From the IMG/VR virus record IMGVR_UViG_3300045988_169095: a DNA stretch of 64,000 nucleotides; one strand, written 5' to 3'. The stretch's first letter is position 1; each line of letters begins with the position of its first letter. Positions 59,211-64,000 of this stretch are shown here, one piece after another. A model generated the notes under the pieces. It had not been told where the DNA came from. It was given only the letters and a program-made list of their open reading frames with translations, and did no database searches. The stretch is from a virus. The translations under genes and the position numbers were made by a program.

Positions 59211-60140
59211 TTGGAACAAGTAAATACAACACTATTAAAAGCTCTATGCGAAATAGTACATCCTTCTAGACAGGAACAGTCCATGATAACTTATATACTT
59301 AACTTCTGTTATACAATAGAAGGTATACAATTTGAAATGGATGATGAAAATAATCTTTTTATTACAAAAAATACTACTAATCCAGCGGTATATCCTTGTC
59401 TAGTAGCACATATGGATGAAATTCTACATTATACAGGTGTAAAATGTGCAAAAATTAAAGGAAATAAAATTTATGGCTATTATAAGAAGACAGGAAAACA
59501 ATGTGGACTTGGGTTAGATGACTGTTTTGGCATCTATATTTGTCTACATTGTTTATATTGCCTTCCAGACCTAAAAGTTTGTTTCACAACTCAAGAAGAA
59601 ATGGGTTGTATAGGAGCAGAAATTGCAGGTTTAAATATTGATTTCTTTGATAATTGCAGATTCCTGTTACAAGCTGATAGAATGGGAGGTCAAGATTTGA
59701 TTACACATACTAATGGCATAGACATTACTTCAGATGAATTTCTAGAAGATATAGATAGTCTTTTAGAAAAATATAAGTACAAAGAGGCACGAGGTACAAT
59801 GACAGATGTTGGAACTTTAAAAGAAAACATTAATCTGTCTGCAGTTAATATTTCGTGCGGATATTATTGTGCTCATACACACAAAGAATATGGAAATTTA
59901 ACGGAGTTAAATAATTGTTTAAATTTTATCTTAGAGATTATTAGGCTTAATGATAAAGTTTATGAACATACAGCTGATCTTTCTGGATCATATGCAAGGT
60001 ATTCAGATTTTGATTGGCCTCCTGGAGAATCTAGGCATGTTTATGCTTACCAAGATTCTGATGAAGCTTTCTATGAAAATCTTGCAGATAAGTGTTCCAA
60101 CTGTAAGACTTATAGATGTGATGAGTGCGGTTACTATTGA
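59211..60140 (+). CDS. M42/M20-like metallopeptidase-family protein.
   Basis: Candidate metal-binding motifs AHMDE, GLDDCFG, QEEMGCIG and ADRMGG. Non-ATG start (TTG). Confidence 0.4.
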   Translation: MEQVNTTLLKALCEIVHPSRQEQSMITYILNFCYTIEGIQFEMDDENNLFITKNTTNPAVYPCLVAHMDEILHYTGVKCAKIKGNKIYGYYKKTGKQCGLGLDDCFGIYICLHCLYCLPDLKVCFTTQEEMGCIGAEIAGLNIDFFDNCRFLLQADRMGGQDLITHTNGIDITSDEFLEDIDSLLEKYKYKEARGTMTDVGTLKENINLSAVNISCGYYCAHTHKEYGNLTELNNCLNFILEIIRLNDKVYEHTADLSGSYARYSDFDWPPGESRHVYAYQDSDEAFYENLADKCSNCKTYRCDECGYY

Positions 60141-60148
60141 CGTGGCTA

Positions 60149-61369
60149 ATGGACAAAACTCAACGTCAACGATTAGGCGTTCAAAAATGAATTAATAATA
60201 AAGGAAATGGGATTTGGGTTTGAAGTACTGGTGTTGGTAAATCATTTGGAGCTTTAATGGCTTGTGTGAAATTACTAAAAATTAGACCAGATGCTAAAAT
60301 TCTAATTTCTGTACCTACAACAATTCTCAAGGAGCAATGACTAAGAGACGTAGCTAAAACTAAATTCTTTGGAAATGTTACTGTTGAGGTTATTAATTCT
60401 ATTTTAAAAAAATCTTGAGAAGTTGATTTTCTAATAATTGATGAGCTTCATACTGCGGTATCGGAGCAGTCAATAAAAATATTTGATCAAGTTAAGTATG
60501 ATTTCTTTCTGGGGCTTACAGCTACTTTAGAAAGACTTGATGGAAGAGAGGAATTACTATCTTTATATACTAGAGTAATTGATGTCATTACAACTGAAGA
60601 AGCAATAAAAAATGGATGATTATCGCCATTTAGGTATTACAAAGTTCTTGTGGAGGTTGATGACATGGATACTTATTATGTAATGAACCAAAAGTTTAAT
60701 TCAGTTTTTGCATTCTTTAATTTTGATTTCAGTTCTGCAATGAAATGTGCAACTGATTGAAAGTTCCGTAATAATTACGCTTATAAGATGGGATATGATA
60801 GAAATCAGGTTTTAAATGCTGCTATGGCGTGGATGCAATTAATGCAGAAGCGCAAAAAATTTGTTATGTCCCACCCTAAAAAGTTTGAAATAGCGAAAAA
60901 AATTATAGAAGCAAGAAAAGATAAAAAAATTATTACTTTTTCAGCCACTATTAAAGATGCGGAATCTTTAAAAGTTGGATATACTCTTCATAGCAAAAAG
61001 AAAAAACAAGAAAACTCAGAAACTATTGCATTGTTTAAGTCTCAATCTTCAGGGGTTCTTAATACATCTAAAGCAGCTAATGCAGGATTGGATTGCCCTG
61101 ATATAAATTGTGAGATTAGAATTAGTGGAACTAGTTCTGGAATTGATGCAAGGCAGATTTTGGGAAGGGGATTGCGTTATGTTAATAATAAGATAACTGA
61201 AGTTTTTACTTTGGTTGTTAAAGGCACTAACGAAGAATCCTGGTTTAATAAGGCCCATCAAGGCATTTCATATATTACTATCACTGAAGATCAACTTGAC
61301 TTAGTTTTAAAAGGAGAAGAAGTAATCACAAGAAAACGAGATGATGTAATTACTAACTATAGATTTTAA
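60149..61369 (+). CDS. SF2 DExH-box helicase with 6 in-frame TGA=Trp codons.
   Basis: Motif I TGVGKS, motif II IIDELH, motif III LTAT, motif VI QILGRGLR. Continuous frame from ATG 60149 into track ORF 60788-61369. Confidence 0.55.
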
Positions 61370-61434
61370 ACAGTACTAAGTATCGTAATAACTGTAGGTA
61401 CTTAGATTTGAATTTAACTTCCAAAACTATATAA

Positions 61435-62034
61435 ATGGAGTTAAATACAATACTTAACATAATGGCAGAATATCATATTAGTGCAGACGAACTGTTACTA
61501 ATATGATTAACTCTCTATGCTCGGGATGAAGAAGGCCATTCTGAGCTTTTCTTAAAGTGGTGGACAGATTGTGAGGGAAAACAGAAACTGAAAACCATGT
61601 TTGAGAACCTAAAAGAAAAATCCATAATCAAGAAGAATTATAATCCAGAATCTTATGTTCCTAATGATATTGAATTTAATAAAAATTTTCTAAAGAAGTA
61701 TTATAAACAATCAGGAGTTCTTGGAAAAGAGCTATTTGATAACTATGAACCATTTATCCAAATTAATGGAAAGATGGCCAGTCTTAGAAATATTGCTAAG
61801 AAATTTTATACTTTAGAGGAATTTTACTTTTATTATTCTTCTCAAATAGGACATAATCCAGAAAAGCATAAAGAGGTGATGGAAATTTTACGATGGGCTC
61901 GTGAAAACAAGCTTTGTAAAGTTTCTATTCTTGAGTTCGTTGCTTCTCATAAATGGAATGAATTTGCACAGATGAAGGCTGAAGGATTTAGTCCTGATGT
62001 TGGTACTTCTTTTGATGTTTATCAGGATTTTTAA
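61435..62034 (+). CDS. Hypothetical protein (about 199 aa, 1 TGA), upstream of the DnaB-like gene. Possibly a helicase loader.
   Basis: ATG 61435 is in frame with track ORF 61597-62034. Confidence 0.35.
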
Positions 62035-63128
62035 TGGAGGATCTAAATTTACTTTGGCATTTAATTGAGCAAGGCAGAAAAGGGGAAAATAAAGGTTTGT
62101 CTGTAGGATTACCTAAATTAGACAAGATTATAGGTGGAATACAACCCTCGAGATACTATTGTATATCTGGAGCATCTTCTGCAGGTAAAACTGCTTTAGT
62201 TCTGTATTTCATATATCGGCTTTTTAAGGATTATCCTAAAGAACCTATATATCTTGTTTATTTTAGTTTGGAGATTGGTTCTGAAGTGCTACTAGCGAAG
62301 CTTATGGCTTTGTATTGTGCAGAAGAATTTGGAGTATATCTTACTATAAATGATATCCTTTCCTTTGATTCTATTCTCAGTGATTCTGATTATCAGTATC
62401 TAAAGAAGGCAAGAGACTGGATTGCAACTCTTGGTTCCAGGTTAATTATTCTTGATAAGGGTCTTAATGCTCGCATTCTATATAAAGAGATTTGTGAGCT
62501 TATGAAGAAATTAGGTTCTATAGAAAATGTAGGAAATAAAGAAGTTTATGTTCCAAAACATCCTAGGCAAAGAGTAATTGGAGTTATTGATCACATGTCA
62601 TTAATTAGACCAGAAGAAGGAAGAACCTTAAAAGCTGAAATTGATTTAACTTCGTCTTTTATGGTTACACTAAAACGTAAGTTTTATCTTTCTTGAATGG
62701 CTTTAATGCAGCAGAATAGAGAATCTTCTTCTATGGATAGAAGAAAAGCAGAACTTAATGAACCAGGTTTAAATGACGTAAAGGATTCAGGAGGACCTGT
62801 TCAAGATAGTGATGTGGTTCTTCAACTATATTATCCTGCAAGAGACAAAATTCCAACATACCGAGAGTATAAAATTCTCGGACCTCATAGTTTAGCTGGA
62901 AGATTTAGAAGTATTATTGTATCTAAGAATAGATATGGTATTGCAGACAGAGTAATAGGATGTGGATTTTATGGAGAAGTTGGATGGTTTAAAGAACTTC
63001 CACTAGGAAGAGATATTACTGACTTCACAAAATATTTGGACATTAACGCTAACATTAGAGGTATAGATACAACTGTAGTAGGTACAGTAGAAATAGATAA
63101 GAACAACATCGTATATAGTTTATCATAA
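62034..63128 (+). CDS. DnaB-like replicative helicase (364 aa), with 1 internal TGA=Trp.
   Basis: Walker A SGASSAGKT and DnaB motif QQNRESS..R. The two track ORFs are in one frame, joined by TGA at 62694. Confidence 0.55.
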
Positions 63129-63129
63129 T

Positions 63130-63866
63130 ATGTCTATTGTATTACCAACAGCGAAGGTTCCCGCTGAAACTCAGGATCCTAAAAACTTAATTCTATTTGG
63201 ACTTCCTAAAGTAGGAAAAACTACCATTCTTAGTACACTGGAAAATAATCTTATTCTTGACTTTGAAAATGGTTCTACATATGTAGATGCTCTTAAAGTT
63301 AAGGTTTCTAGTTTAAAAGAGCTAAAAGAGGTTATTAAAGCTATCAAGGATGCAGGAAAGCCATATACTTATATTACAATTGATACAATCACAGCCTTAG
63401 AAGAAATGACCAAAGATATGGCTCTTAAAATGTGGCAAAATTCTCCTCAGTTTACTACAAAGTATGAAATTAAGGACGTTACACAAATTCCTAATGGAGC
63501 TGGATATAGTTTTTGAAGGCAGGCACTGGAAACAGTTATTGACTTAATTGCCTCTGCTGCTCCTAACTTAATTATTTGTGGTCACGTTAAAGATACAGCA
63601 TTATCTGAAGGTCTTGATGGATCTGTAAAAGATCTTGATCTTGTAGGTAAAACTAAAAGGGTATTATCTGCTAAATCTGATGCAATTGGATTTGTTCATC
63701 GTGATGAAGAATCTAATTTGTGTATCAATTTTGGTATGAATGGAGAAGTACTTTGTGGTGCTCGTCCTGCTCATTTGGCAAATAAAGATATCATTGTAGC
63801 TGAGTATCAAGAAGATGGTACATTTGTATCTCATTGGGAGAGAATCTATCCCTCTCTGTCTAAATA
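63130..63866 (+). CDS. Sak4-like / AAA_24 RecA-like ATPase, with 1 internal TGA=Trp.
   Basis: P-loop GLPKVGKTT. The frame continues through the TGA at 63514 to the TAA at 63864. Confidence 0.45.
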
Positions 63867-63872
63867 AATCAT

Positions 63873-64000
63873 ATGTTTAAAGTAACATTTGAATTTGATG
63901 AAACAACTAAGTCTATTAGTAACTTAAAGTGTGAGGAACTTAAGTCTTCAAAACCAAAGGTTAACTCTAATGGGCAACCAATCATTGAAGTAGGAGAAAA
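63873..64000 (+). CDS. Hypothetical protein, 5' partial (runs off the window).
   Basis: ATG 63873, open to the window end. Confidence 0.3.
   Translation, partial: MFKVTFEFDETTKSISNLKCEELKSSKPKVNSNGQPIIEVGE

Noticed and set aside
1-64000. Uniform genetic code 4 for the whole genome, as in a Mycoplasma-like host.
   Set aside because: Long Trp-rich genes (NAMPT, ABC transporter, early paralogs) contain many TGG and no TGA. That would be unexpected in a low-GC code-4 organism. The mosaic pattern fits gene-subset recoding better.
1-64000. CRISPR arrays, rRNA genes, integrase or transposase genes.
   Set aside because: None seen. Repeats present are short iterons, hairpin elements, a TA microsatellite and intragenic coiled-coil repeats, not CRISPR-like.

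Overview
This 64-kb window appears to come from a large, AT-rich tailed bacteriophage, possibly a huge or jumbo phage. It has about 27 tRNA loci, no rRNA and no CRISPR array. The main feature is mosaic stop-codon recoding. One subset of genes contains many in-frame TGA codons that fall on conserved Trp positions, so TGA reads as Trp (code-4-like) in those genes. This subset covers the minus-strand virion and lysis block at 1-4526, five free-standing HNH endonucleases, RNase H, an SF2 helicase, a DnaB-like helicase, a Sak4-like ATPase, a spanin-like protein, a winged-helix regulator and several small genes. Other Trp-rich genes, such as NAMPT and the ABC transporter, use only TGG and translate under the standard code. 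A tRNA-like gene with the anticodon loop CTTCAAA (anticodon UCA, G73, long variable arm) at 48348-48437 is the candidate opal suppressor. The standard-code ORF track therefore splits many real genes, and I merged them where I could check the frame by hand. Two tRNA loci, and possibly a third, look circularly permuted: the 3' half (T-arm plus 3' acceptor strand) lies directly upstream of the matching 5' half (5' acceptor strand plus D-arm). Both the acceptor strands and the anticodon-stem strands are perfectly complementary between the halves. Auxiliary modules include: (a) an NAD+ salvage or reconstitution cluster (NADAR, nicotinamidase, NAMPT, NadE, Prs-like) mixed with vWA proteins, a truncated PurA-like enzyme and a GuaC/IMPDH-like enzyme; (b) a membrane module with two coiled-coil proteins, a six-TM voltage-gated cation-channel-like protein, and a complete ABC importer whose substrate-binding protein carries an OmpA-like domain; (c) an NfeD-like plus flotillin (SPFH) pair; (d) MgtC-like, MgsA-like, ferritin-like and orphan REC-domain proteins; (e) two long ORF-free, stem-loop-rich regions that may be structured ncRNAs, sharing a covarying hairpin with the loop TTTGATCG. 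All coordinates were read by hand and may be off by 1-3 nt. Anticodon calls were made without tRNAscan.
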